A stretch of 64,000 nt of DNA, taken from assembly GCA_963844375.1 (NCBI GenBank), contig CAWJOI010000032.1, positions 55,221 to 119,220 on the forward strand, given 5' to 3'. This document shows, in pieces, positions 25,600 through 35,087 of this stretch (position 1 is its first letter; the number at the start of each line of letters is the position of its first letter). Under the pieces are notes generated by a model. It saw only the letters and a program-made list of their open reading frames with translations. It had not been told where the DNA came from and ran no database searches. Both the position numbers and the translations under genes were made by a program. The stretch is from an uncultured Alphaproteobacteria bacterium. GTDB lineage: Bacteria; Pseudomonadota; Alphaproteobacteria; Rhodobacterales; Rhodobacteraceae.

Positions 25600-26477
25600 T
25601 CAGCTCCGGCCGGAAAGCGCGCGCCAGAAGCGGCGGAGCGGGAAGGCGGCGATGCGGGTATAGTGGGCCGGCAGGCCGGCGGCACCGGTGGCGAAGGCGG
25701 CGAGGCGGTCGCGGAGGGCGGGCAGGCGCGGCTCGGCGCCGGCCATGCGCGCGAGCGGGCGGTCGGCTGCGAGGACCAGCGGCAGGCGGGCGGCGGCCAT
25801 GGGCCCGACGAGATCCTCGAGGGTGGCGACCTCGCGGCGGCGGCCGGTGAAGTGCTTGTGGAAACGGTAGTGGTGCACGAGGCGGGGGGCGGTCTGGAAG
25901 CGGTCCCAGCGGGCGATGCGGCTCTTGTCGAGCAGGTTGTACTCGGGCGGCAGGGTGGCGATGCGGAGGTCGCTCTCCCAGAGGAGCTCGCGCAGGACCG
26001 GCTGATCGCGCTTCAGCCCGCTGTCGCGGAGGGCGGCGGCCCAGGCGGTGAGGAAGGCGAGGACCGCCGGGCTGCGGCGGTAGGCGATGACGCCGCCGTT
26101 GAACTGCGGGAAGGCGTTCGGGAGCGCGCGGCGCCAGGTGGCGTTGGCGGCGGGACTGTTGCGCCACTGGTCGTGGGCGAGCGCGATGTCGAAGCGATCG
26201 AGGACCTCGAAGACATCGCGAAGGTCGGCACGGCGAGGATGTCGGCGTCGAGGTGGAGCGTCCGTTCGAAGCGGGTGCGAGCCATGGCGTCGATGCGGGA
26301 GCGGAACGAGACGGTCTCAAGGAGGTGGACCTCCGCGAAGACCGGGTCGTCGGCGGGCGCGTCGGTGAAAAGGTCGATGGGCAGGCCGGGGGAAACGCGG
26401 GCGACCGAGGCAGCCGCGCGAGCAGCGAGCTTCCGGTAGCCGGTGCCGGTCGCGACGAAGAGTACGCCGTCCCGCAA
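25600..26477 (-). CDS. Putative nucleotide-diphospho-sugar transferase (frameshift ~26230)
   Basis: GVLFVATG, TLHLDAD (DxD), FPQFNGGV, DQPVLRELLW. Confidence 0.75.
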
Positions 26478-26519
26478 AGCCTGTCCCCCTGACGCATCGG
26501 TCGGGGGGACATTAGCGGA

Positions 26520-27235
26520 CGCGCCGTGATAAGTTTAGGCGGAGCATAACCGGAATAGATGAAATAATAAAAGCACTAGGTTAAAGATAAATTCTCGAGG
26601 AAGCTGGAGATGGCATGGAACAAGGCGTAGTAAGAGCGGGCATCGGCCTTGCGCAGCAAATGCTTGAGCTTGGAGAAGAGCATCTCGACCGGGTTCAGGA
26701 CGGGCGAGTACTTCGGCAGGAAGAAGAGCCGGGCGCCGGCGGCGCGTATGGCCTGGCGGACAGCGGGGCTCAGGTGCGAGCAGAGGTTGTCCAGGACGAC
26801 GATGTCGCCGGCCGAAGCGTCGGGACCAGCACCCGCTAGACGTAGAGCCGGAAGAAGTCGCCGTCGATCGGTCCTTCGAGAAGGCAAGGGGCTTCGACGC
26901 GTTCACAGCGCAGCGCGGCGAGGAAGGTCATGGTCTTCCAGTGGCCAGCGTCACCGAGGCCTTCAGCCGCAGCCGCGCGGCGCCGAGCGGCTGAACGGCG
27001 CCATGTTGGTCTTGGTCCAGGTCTCGGCGATGAAGACCAGGCGGCCGGGGTCGAAGGCGTGATACTTCACGCGCTGCGCACGCCGGCGGGCGACGTCGGG
27101 GCGAACCTGCTCGGCGGCGAGCAGAGCTTTTTTTTGAGCGTGAGACCTTCGGCGTGCAGGAACTCGCACACCGTGCGGTAGTCGACCTGCATGCCGCGTT
27201 CGTCGAGATCGGCCACCAGCAGGAGAAGAAAGAAG
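26520..27235 (-). mobile_element. Degenerate IS630-family element remnant
   Basis: VVLDNL..H, FLPKYSPVLNPVEMLFSKLK, LVFIAETW (first catalytic D lost), A-run slippery site 27128-27135, frameshifts, 5' part missing. Confidence 0.88.
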
Positions 27236-28458
27236 TAACGTCCTTGGTACCGCGCGAGCAGCCAGGCCGCGGCGGGGCCGCGTCCGCGGGCGCCGGGGAC
27301 GGGCGGGAAGGCGAGCGCGATGGCCACGGCGGCGGCGGCGAGGCCGGCGGAGCCGATGTAGAGCCAGGCGTAGTTGCCGAAGGTGTCGTAGATCCAGCCG
27401 CCGCCGAGCGGGCCGATGGCCATGCCGATGGAGGAGAGCATGGTGGCGCCGCCGAGGACGGTGCCCATGATCGACTGGCTGAAGTACTCGCGGGCGAGGA
27501 CGGCGTAGAGCGGCATGACGCCGCCGTAGGCCATGCCGAAGACGGTGGCGAGGAGGTAGAAGTCGCGGATCTCGCGGACGGCGAGGTAGGCGGGGATGGC
27601 GAGCGCCTGCAGCAGCAGGCCGGCCACGATCAGGCGCTTGACGCCGAAGCGGTCGGCGGCGACGCCGAAGAGGAGGCGGCCGCCGAGGCCGGCGAGGCCC
27701 TCGACGCTGTAGATCGAGACCGCCGCCATGGTGGGGATGCCGCAGAACATGGCGTAGCTCAGCATGTGGAAGATCGGGCCGGAGTGGGCGGCGCAGCAGA
27801 GGAAGAAGGTGCCGGCGAGGATGATGAACTGCGGCGAGCGCAGGGCGCGGCCGGCGTCGGCCTCGCCGGGTTCGGCGGCGGCGGAGGGCGCGGCGGCGGG
27901 GGCGGTGCGGACGAAGAAGGCGGCGGGGATGAGCAGGACCCAGGCGATGACGCCCATGGTGGCCATGGCGGTGCGCCAGTCGTAGCTCTCGATCAGCCAG
28001 CCGGCCAGCGGCGTGAAGGTGAGCGGCGCCATGCCCATGCCGGCGGAGACGAGGGAGACGGCGAGGCCGCGGCCGGTGTCGAACCAGCCGGTGACGGCGG
28101 CGATCATCGGCGCGAAGAAGGCGCCGGCGGAGAGGCCGACGAGGAGGCCGAAGCCGAGCTGGAAGGTGAGCGGCGTGGTGGCGCGGCTGGCGACGAGGAG
28201 GCCGGCGCCGAGGAGGACCGCGCCGATGAGGACCACCGGGCGCGGTCCGTAGCGGTCGCTGAGCGTGCCCCAGAGGAAGCCGGCGACGCCCATGATGAGG
28301 AAGTCGATCGTCATGGCGGTGGAGATGCCGGCGCGGCTCCAGCCGGTCTCGGCGGACATGGGGTCGAGGAAGACCGCGAGCGAGAACATGGCGCCGATGG
28401 CCACGCAGCCCATGAGGCCGCCGAGGAAGACCATGACCCAGCGATAGGGGACGTGCAT
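27067..28458 (-). CDS. MFS transporter (YbfB/OFA-like); as assembled reads through into IS630 orfA
   Basis: GTLSDRYGPR and GVAADRFG motif A copies; about 12 hydrophobic helices. Confidence 0.88.
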   Translation of the reverse strand: MHVPYRWVMVFLGGLMGCVAIGAMFSLAVFLDPMSAETGWSRAGISTAMTIDFLIMGVAGFLWGTLSDRYGPRPVVLIGAVLLGAGLLVASRATTPLTFQLGFGLLVGLSAGAFFAPMIAAVTGWFDTGRGLAVSLVSAGMGMAPLTFTPLAGWLIESYDWRTAMATMGVIAWVLLIPAAFFVRTAPAAAPSAAAEPGEADAGRALRSPQFIILAGTFFLCCAAHSGPIFHMLSYAMFCGIPTMAAVSIYSVEGLAGLGGRLLFGVAADRFGVKRLIVAGLLLQALAIPAYLAVREIRDFYLLATVFGMAYGGVMPLYAVLAREYFSQSIMGTVLGGATMLSSIGMAIGPLGGGWIYDTFGNYAWLYIGSAGLAAAAVAIALAFPPVPGARGRGPAAAWLLARYQGRYFFLLLLVADLDERGMQVDYRTVCEFLHAEGLTLKKKLCSPPSRFAPTSPAGVRSA

Positions 28459-28486
28459 GGCGGCTGCTCCGCTTGCGAACCGGGGA

Positions 28487-28516
28487 AACCATACCGACCG
28501 GTTGGTATGTTGTCAA
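28487..28516 (-). promoter_or_regulatory. Sigma70 promoter of MFS gene overlapped by TetR-type palindrome
   Basis: TTGACA-17nt-TATGGT on minus strand; near-palindrome CATACCGACCGGTTGGTATG at 28490-28509. Confidence 0.7.
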
Positions 28517-28534
28517 ATGCCATCGCGGCCGGCG

Positions 28535-28559
28535 CGTCCCCGCGCGAGGCGCGGGGACG
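28535..28559 (-). terminator. Hairpin downstream of SRPBCC gene
   Basis: CGTCCCCGCGC-gag-GCGCGGGGACG. Confidence 0.5.
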
Positions 28560-28567
28560 GGGTGGCG

Positions 28568-29104
28568 TCAGGCGGGGAGCCTGCGGTCGTAGTCGGCGCG
28601 GAGGCTGCGCCAGCCGTCCCAGAACGGCGTCGTCGGGTCGGCGCCGCGGGCGCGGACTTCGAGGAGGTCGAGGTGGGCGTGCCAGCCGGCGCTGACGCCG
28701 AGCATGGCGGAGCGGTTCGGCAGGCGGCGGTGGATCACCGTGAGCAGCACCTTGCCGCCCCGCGGCTCGAGCTCGATGGAGACGTCGCCGCTGTCCTGCC
28801 AGGTGAAGCCGAGGCGGCGGGGCGGGTCGAGTTCGGTGATGCGCGAGGTCATGCGGTGCTCGGGGCCCATGCCGTCGGGGCGGGTGCCCGGCGGATCGGT
28901 GAGCTCGTCGCCGCGCCAGACGAACTCGAAGGGCGCGCCGACCTCGAGCGTCATCTCGCCGGAGGCGAGCCAGCGGCGACGGAGGTCGCTCTCGGTGAGG
29001 TAGGCCCAGATGCGCTCGACCGGGCCGGGCAGCAGGCGCTGGATGGTGAGGGTGGCCGGTTCGGTCAGGGTGCCGTAGGCATCGATGGTCGAGAGGTCAT
29101 TCAT
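28568..29104 (-). CDS. SRPBCC (AHSA1-like) domain protein
   Basis: IQRLLPGPVERIWAYLT, DPPRRLGFTW, AGWHAHLDLL. Confidence 0.9.
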   Translation of the reverse strand: MNDLSTIDAYGTLTEPATLTIQRLLPGPVERIWAYLTESDLRRRWLASGEMTLEVGAPFEFVWRGDELTDPPGTRPDGMGPEHRMTSRITELDPPRRLGFTWQDSGDVSIELEPRGGKVLLTVIHRRLPNRSAMLGVSAGWHAHLDLLEVRARGADPTTPFWDGWRSLRADYDRRLPA

Positions 29105-29459
29105 CGTCGTCTCCCTTCGGGGGTTCGGGTTTGCGTGCGTCCTCCTCGCGGAGGAGGCGTTCGAGGTCGTCCAGGCGGCCGGTCCAGAAGCGCTCGTAGA
29201 AGTCGAGCCACTCGTGCGCCTGCGCCAGCGGGCCGGGTTCGAGGCGGCAGACGTGGGTGCGCCAGCGGATCTCGCGGCGGAGAAGGCCGGCGCTTTCCAG
29301 CACCTTGATGTGCTTGGAGGCGGCGGCGAGCGAGATGGTGAACGGCTCGGCAAGCTGGCTGACCGTCCGCTCGCCGCCGGCGAGATCGCGAAGCATCCGC
29401 CGGCGCGTCGGGTCGCCGAGCGCGTGGAAGACGGTGGTAAGGGCTTCTGATTCAACCAT
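29097..29459 (-). CDS. ArsR/SmtB transcriptional regulator
   Basis: FHALGDPTRR, SLAAASKHIKVLE; coupled to SRPBCC gene. Confidence 0.9.
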   Translation of the reverse strand: MVESEALTTVFHALGDPTRRRMLRDLAGGERTVSQLAEPFTISLAAASKHIKVLESAGLLRREIRWRTHVCRLEPGPLAQAHEWLDFYERFWTGRLDDLERLLREEDARKPEPPKGDDDE

Positions 29460-29509
29460 GGTGTTGATTGATACGCGAAGCGTTGCCATCAGTCAACCGG
29501 TTTATTGAA
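29451..29509 (-). promoter_or_regulatory. Two putative ArsR autoregulatory operators
   Basis: TTCAACC..GTTGA (29451-29467) and GTCAACC..ATTGAA (29492-29509). Confidence 0.5.
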
Positions 29510-29540
29510 CGAAGCCCTCGGGATGCTGCGGGCTGGATTT

Positions 29541-29625
29541 CGCGCAATTTCAGTGGTTAACGGGGTGTCGTTGCATGCACAGTCCATGCACAAGGCCTGC
29601 ACAACTATGCACCGAAAAATGCGCG
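29541..29625. repeat. TGCAC array (period 11,11,10) within inverted repeat
   Basis: TGCAC at 29576, 29587, 29598, 29608; flanks CGCGCAATTTC / GAAAAATGCGCG. Confidence 0.8.
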
Positions 29626-29700
29626 CAGGCCGAAAGTTTACGGCGCGGTGCCTCTGGCGGAGGGTGACCTCCTGCGGACAGCGCCGAACCGGAACCGGCG

Positions 29701-30656
29701 TCAGGGGGCGTCGGGGGGTCGATGCGGAAGAGCTTCGGACCGGAGATCCAAAGCGAGCCGGCGCCGTAGCGTAGCGCATCTCCGAACTGCTCGCCGCCCA
29801 CGTAGCGCGCCAAGACCCGATTGCTTACTGGGTCGATCTGGATGACCGGCGCGCCCCAGAGGCAGACCCAGACGGAGCCGCCACCCACCGTCAGGTCGCC
29901 GCCCCGCGTCCAGTGGAGCCCGAGCGGGATCGTGGCGGTGAGCTCACCGGAAGCCGGGTCGAAGCGCCGCACGCTGCCGCGCGGGTCGAGGAGCCAGAGC
30001 GCCCCCTCGCCGGCCGCGAGGAAGCTGGGCGAGCCCCCCACCTGGAGCGTGGCGGTCACGGCGTTGGCGGCGGGGTCGATGCGGAAGAGCTGGCCGGTTA
30101 GCGGGCTCGTCACCCATGCGGCGCCGCCGGCAAGCGCGACGCCTGCGCTGGGGGCCGGCAGCGGGATCTCGGCCATGGTCGCTCCGCTAGCGGGGTCGAA
30201 GCGGGTTAGGACGCGGTCCGGCTTCTCTCCCGCCGTTACCGCCCAGACCGAGCCCTCGCCGGCCGCGATGCTGGCCTCGCGGTCGAACATCTTCGCGGGG
30301 ATGGTCAGGGTCACCGCGTTCGTGGCCGGATCCACCCGGTAGATCGTGTCGGCGCCGACGTTCGCCACCCAGACGGCACCCTCGCCTGTAGCCGGGGCGC
30401 GGAAGGCGCCGCGAGCGCCCTCGAGCGCGATCAAGATCACGCTGTTGTCCGCCGGATCGATCCGGGCGATCTCCGCGACATCGTAGATACCCGCCATCCA
30501 CAGCGAGTCGAAGCCGAAGGCCATGAAGTCGCCGGCGAGCGGGACCATCGCCTCGATGACGAGCGCGCTCGCCTTCCGCTCGGAGGCCGGATCCTGGGCC
30601 GGAGCGGCCACGGGCGGCATCAACAAGAAGATGGCAAACCATCGGCTGATGCGCAT
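29701..30656 (-). CDS. Secreted Vgb/YncE-like beta-propeller protein, paralog 1 (true stop probably ~29701; ORF runs to 29550 as assembled)
   Basis: Signal peptide; repeated GEGAVWV/RIDPA blades. Confidence 0.8.
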
Positions 30657-30743
30657 GCGGGCAAGGATAGCATGTTGACCTGACGGAAACGAGCTGGACG
30701 GTCAATTCTGACACTGAAGGCCAGTGCCCTGGAAAAGCCGATG

Positions 30744-31712
30744 TCACGACGGCGCGCTTGGCGGCGTGATGCGGAAGATCTTCGGGCCCGAGATCCACAG
30801 CGAGCCGGCACCGTACCGCAGGGTGTCCGCGAAGTCGGGGCCGCCCACGTAGCGCGCAAGCAACCGGCCGGCGCCAGGGTCGATCTGGATGACGGGCGCG
30901 CCCCAGACGGAGGCCCAGACGAAGCCGCCTCCGACCGCGATGTCGCCGTGCGTCGCCCACTGGACCCCGAGCGGAATCGTCGCCGTGAGCGCGCCGGATG
31001 CCGGATCCACCCGGTGGACGGCGCTCCTGGGGTCGAGGATCCAGAGCGCCCCTTCTCCAGGGACGATGAAGCGTGGCGACCCGCCTATCCGGAAGGCGCC
31101 GGTGACGGAGTTGGTCGCGGGATCGATCCGGAAGAGCAGGCCAGAGAATGGGCTGGTCACCCACACGGAGCCGCCGGCGATCGCGACCCCTGCGCCGGGG
31201 GCGGGGAGGGCGATCTGGGCGGTCGGGGAGCCACCGGCGGGGTCGAAGCGGGTCAGAACGCTGTCGGGCTTTTCCCCCGCGGTCACCACCCAGACCGAGC
31301 CTTCTCCCGCCGTGATGCTGCCCTGCCAGTCGAACATCTTCGCGGGTATCGTCAGCGTCACGGCGTTCGAGGCGGGATCGACGCGGTAGATCAGGTCGGC
31401 CTCGACGTTCGCAAACCACACAGCGCCCTCACCCGCAGCCGGGTCGCGGAAGGAGCCGTTGGCGCCGTCGAGAACAATCTCGATCAGGCTGTTGTCGGTG
31501 GGGTCGACGCGCACGAGCGACTCTCCGCTCGCGAGCCAGAGGGTTTCGAACCCGAAACCCAGGACGTCGTTGAAGGCCATGGTGTCGCCCGGGATCGGGA
31601 TCTCCGCCTCGCTGACAAGATCGCTCGCCTTCCGCTCGGAGGGCAACCCCTGGGCTGGGGCGGCCACGGGCGGCATCAGCAACAGGATGGCAAACCACCG
31701 GCTGACGCGCAT
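30744..31712 (-). CDS. Secreted Vgb/YncE-like beta-propeller protein, paralog 2
   Basis: Colinear with paralog 1; same blade repeats. Confidence 0.82.
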   Translation of the reverse strand: MRVSRWFAILLLMPPVAAPAQGLPSERKASDLVSEAEIPIPGDTMAFNDVLGFGFETLWLASGESLVRVDPTDNSLIEIVLDGANGSFRDPAAGEGAVWFANVEADLIYRVDPASNAVTLTIPAKMFDWQGSITAGEGSVWVVTAGEKPDSVLTRFDPAGGSPTAQIALPAPGAGVAIAGGSVWVTSPFSGLLFRIDPATNSVTGAFRIGGSPRFIVPGEGALWILDPRSAVHRVDPASGALTATIPLGVQWATHGDIAVGGGFVWASVWGAPVIQIDPGAGRLLARYVGGPDFADTLRYGAGSLWISGPKIFRITPPSAPS

Positions 31713-31844
31713 ACACGTATCGTAGCACATCGGCTCGACGGAAACGAGGTAGACTGCGCCAGGAAAGCGTTGCGGCCGGTATCAGGGGGCTTCGGGCGGC
31801 CGGCATCCGGAGGGCAAGAGGCGTACGCCGCGCCGGACCGCGGA

Positions 31845-32072
31845 TCAGGCGGCCCTGCGGCCGACAGCCCCGGGACCGAGGACGAACCACCAGTGCGCCA
31901 GGAGACCCACGCCCCAGTCGAGCAGCACCCACAGGATCCAGTATGGCGAGCCAGTCAGAAGGTTGATGACGAAGAGAAGCGCCATCATCGGGATGAATAC
32001 GGTCGCGTGGATGCGGAAGCCCAGTCTCTTTCGGGCAGGAGTAGCGTTCTTCATGATGACCTCCGAAGCCAT
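31845..32072 (-). CDS. 2TM-domain small membrane protein
   Basis: GFRIHA..INLLT..YW..WGVGLLAHW pattern. Confidence 0.75.
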   Translation of the reverse strand: MASEVIMKNATPARKRLGFRIHATVFIPMMALLFVINLLTGSPYWILWVLLDWGVGLLAHWWFVLGPGAVGRRAA

Positions 32073-32154
32073 TCGAGTTCGCGAGTGGCGCGGCTCGGCC
32101 GACGCCGGTTCGTGGGAACGCCGGCAGCGCTCGGCCGCCGACGTTCGGTTGCGT

Positions 32155-32901
32155 TCATCGCGCGACGGCCTCGATCACTTCCGCGACCGCCTCGGCCTGC
32201 GAGACGAGGCCCGCGTGGCTGGCGGGGATCTCGGTGACCGTCGCGCCGATGCGGCCGGCGAAGAAGCGCTGGGCGTCGGCGGGGATCACGCGGTCCTCGG
32301 CGGTCACGACATAGTGGTTCGGCTTTTCGTGCCAGGCGGCGACTTCCGCCTCGGCAGCGAAATTCGCCGGATTGGACGGCAGCTGGCGGGCCGCCATGCT
32401 TTCGGCCTCGGCCTGGGGCAGATCGCCGGCGAACAGCGCCGGGAAGCTGGCCGGGTCGAAGATCAGACCGCCCTCAGCGTCGGGACGGATCGCCCTGGCC
32501 CCTTCGCTCGGCTCGCCGCCGGACAAGAGCTGGTTGAGCGACTCGCCCCGGTCCGGCGCGAAGGCCGACACATAGACCAGCGCCTTGACCTTCTCGTCGT
32601 TGCCGGCCTCGCCGATCACCACGCCGCCCCAGGAATGGGCGACGAGCACGGTCGGACCGTCTTGCGCCGCGAGCGCGGCCCGGGTGGCGGCGACATCGTC
32701 GGCCAGCGAGGTCAGCGGGTTGGCGACCTGGGTGACGGTGTAGCCTTTGGCCGACAGGATCCCGGCCACCTTGTCCCAGCTGGTCTCGTCGGCAAAGGCA
32801 CCGTGCACCAGCACGATGTTCCTGGCGCCATCCTGGGCGACGGCGGGAGCAGCGCCCAGCGCGGTTGCGGTGAGCATCAGGGCAGAGAGTACGGACTTCA
32901 T
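32155..32901 (-). CDS. Secreted alpha/beta hydrolase
   Basis: Signal peptide, VLVHGAFAD, AHSWGG, ASHA. Confidence 0.9.
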   Translation of the reverse strand: MKSVLSALMLTATALGAAPAVAQDGARNIVLVHGAFADETSWDKVAGILSAKGYTVTQVANPLTSLADDVAATRAALAAQDGPTVLVAHSWGGVVIGEAGNDEKVKALVYVSAFAPDRGESLNQLLSGGEPSEGARAIRPDAEGGLIFDPASFPALFAGDLPQAEAESMAARQLPSNPANFAAEAEVAAWHEKPNHYVVTAEDRVIPADAQRFFAGRIGATVTEIPASHAGLVSQAEAVAEVIEAVAR

Positions 32902-33053
32902 TCTAGCCTCCATTTGTGAGGGCGAGGTTGGACGATCGGCAAAGTCGATCTGCCGCCAGAGCGTGCCTCGCTGGGTGAACCGGATCTTGCGTTTCGGCCG
33001 AGGATTGTTGAACTTCCTCGCCAGTTGGTGGCACTGAGATACGGGATGTCGGC

Positions 33054-34046
33054 ATGAACAGCCATGACGGCGCCTCCGGACCTCTTGCCCTGGAATCCGG
33101 AACCGGCTTTCCGCTGATGGGGCCGCGCGTGGATCTGCTTTCGCAGGTCCTTACGCTCATCCGGCTGCGGGGCGAGCTGATCTTCTCCGCCGACCTCGCG
33201 GCACCCTGGGCGCTGCGGTTCGATGCCGGGTCGGCCTATTTCCACGTCGTCTCGGACGGCGCGATGCAGGTGGAGGCGAGCGACGGCAGGAAGGTCCGCG
33301 CCGAGACCGGCGACCTGCTGGTGCTGCCGCAGGGACGCGGTCATCTGATCAACGCCGGGGTGGCCGAGCCCATGCCGGTGCGGGACGTGCTGGACGCGCA
33401 GATCAGCCAGGGAAGCCTCGCCATCCGGCTCGACGGCGGCGGGCTGCCGACGCGGCTGATCACCGGCGCCTTTCGCTTCGAGGGCGACAACATGCCCTCC
33501 ATGCTGGCGGTGCTGCCATCGGTGATCCACCTCCCCAGGTCACTCAGGACCGAAGATGCCGGCTGGCTGGAGGGACTGGCGCATTTCCTTCTCGCCGAGG
33601 CGAAGGAGCCGCATCCGGGCGCGGCCATCATGATCTCCCGCCTCATCGACGTGCTGGTCATCCGCGCGATGCGCGTCTGGGTCCGCACGGCGCCGCCGGA
33701 GAACAAGGGATGGCTGGGCGCCCTTGCCGATGCGCGGATCAGCCGGGCGCTCAAGGCGATGCATGACCAGCCCTTCCGCCGCTGGACGGTGGCGGAGCTG
33801 TCCGCCATCGCCGGCATGTCGCGGTCGAGCTTTGCCGAGCGGTTCACGACGCTGATCGGCGCGGCGCCGCTGCAGTACCAGACCCGGCGGCGGCTGCTTT
33901 TCGCCAACGAGCTGCTCTGGCGGCCCGACACGCGGGTGAGCGACGTGGCGCGGCGGATCGGCTACGACTTCGACGCCGCATTCAGCCGGGCCTTCAAGGC
34001 GCAGTTCGGCTTCTCGCCGGTCATGGCGAAGCGACCTGAGGCGTAG
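33054..34046 (+). CDS. AraC-family regulator (cupin + HTH)
   Basis: WTVAELSAIAGMSRSSFAERF, AFSRAFK. Confidence 0.9.
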   Translation: MNSHDGASGPLALESGTGFPLMGPRVDLLSQVLTLIRLRGELIFSADLAAPWALRFDAGSAYFHVVSDGAMQVEASDGRKVRAETGDLLVLPQGRGHLINAGVAEPMPVRDVLDAQISQGSLAIRLDGGGLPTRLITGAFRFEGDNMPSMLAVLPSVIHLPRSLRTEDAGWLEGLAHFLLAEAKEPHPGAAIMISRLIDVLVIRAMRVWVRTAPPENKGWLGALADARISRALKAMHDQPFRRWTVAELSAIAGMSRSSFAERFTTLIGAAPLQYQTRRRLLFANELLWRPDTRVSDVARRIGYDFDAAFSRAFKAQFGFSPVMAKRPEA

Positions 34047-34078
34047 CTTCGGGGAGCGTCGGGCGAAGGGCTGCCGCC

Positions 34079-34124
34079 GCCGGCACGCGGCCTATGCGGT
34101 TTCGGCCTCGGGGACGATGCTGTC
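34079..34124 (-). repeat. Displaced duplicate of the serine hydrolase gene 3' end (direct repeat with 35075-35120)
   Basis: Core 34092-34124 vs 35088-35120 is 31/33 identical; 40/46 overall. Confidence 0.85.
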
Positions 34125-34148
34125 TCCCGAACGTGTTTGTGGGCAGGC

Positions 34149-34916
34149 CTAGACATCCAGCGCCCGCCGTATTGCCGATGCGACGCCTGCGGGGTTCTCC
34201 CATGCCATCGTATGCCCGGCCGCCGGTACGATTTCCACACGCACGCCTTCCCGGGGCAACCGCTCCGCGTCGGCGTCAGGGAGCGAATACTCGCCGAAGA
34301 CCACGGTTCTTGGCATCGTCAGTGCGCGCAATTGCGCGCCCCATGTTGGGTTGCTCCCGACGACGAGCGATGTCGCCCCTCTATGCATCGCCTGGGCCGA
34401 GCTGATCGCCAGGGAGGCGGCCCAGGTGCGAGCGATTTCCGATACCTGCTCCCGAAGCAGATCATCCTGGCCGTGCGCCACGTACTCAGCCTCAGACATT
34501 GCAGCGATTACGCTGCTGGCCACGCCGCCACCCGGCTCGAAATTCGGCTCGCTCAGCACGAGATGCCGCACGTGGTCCCCCAGCTGGCCCGCAACGACGA
34601 TGGCGATGGAACCGCCCATGCTGTGACCGAAGAGATCGATAGCATCGAGAGAAAGATGGCCGGCAAGCGCGGACACGGTTCGAGCATGGTCATCGATCGT
34701 ATAGCCGAAATCGGGAGGGCGATCGCTGCAGCCTGACCCGAGCAAATCGACCAATAGCATCCGGCGACCGACCAAGGCCGGATCCGCCGCGATGGTTGGG
34801 TAATCGAACGAGGACGCACAGCCGAGGCCGTGGATGAAGATAAGGGGGATGCCCGTTCCTGGAATGTCATGATATCTGATCGTCGCCTGTTCATCTCCTA
34901 GCTTGAATGACTTCAT
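34149..34916 (-). CDS. Alpha/beta hydrolase
   Basis: FIHGLG, GHSMGG, AGH; visibly lower GC than flanks. Confidence 0.9.
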   Translation of the reverse strand: MKSFKLGDEQATIRYHDIPGTGIPLIFIHGLGCASSFDYPTIAADPALVGRRMLLVDLLGSGCSDRPPDFGYTIDDHARTVSALAGHLSLDAIDLFGHSMGGSIAIVVAGQLGDHVRHLVLSEPNFEPGGGVASSVIAAMSEAEYVAHGQDDLLREQVSEIARTWAASLAISSAQAMHRGATSLVVGSNPTWGAQLRALTMPRTVVFGEYSLPDADAERLPREGVRVEIVPAAGHTMAWENPAGVASAIRRALDV

Positions 34917-35087
34917 AGACAGCTCCTCGACCTAGCGAATGCATTGAGGCTACTTAATTATACAAGAGGTCACGCGGTCTAACTGCGGCGCGTATGTCCA
35001 GAAAGGAGTCTACCACATTATCGACGCACGAGCGACTTCAGCCGACCAACCTCCGCAGCGGCGTTGGGAGGAATGCCGGCACAGGAT

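Noticed and set aside
29550-29700. C-terminal extension of beta-propeller paralog 1
   Set aside because: A TGA one base out of frame follows G/C homopolymer runs at the position where paralog 2 ends; probable sequencing error
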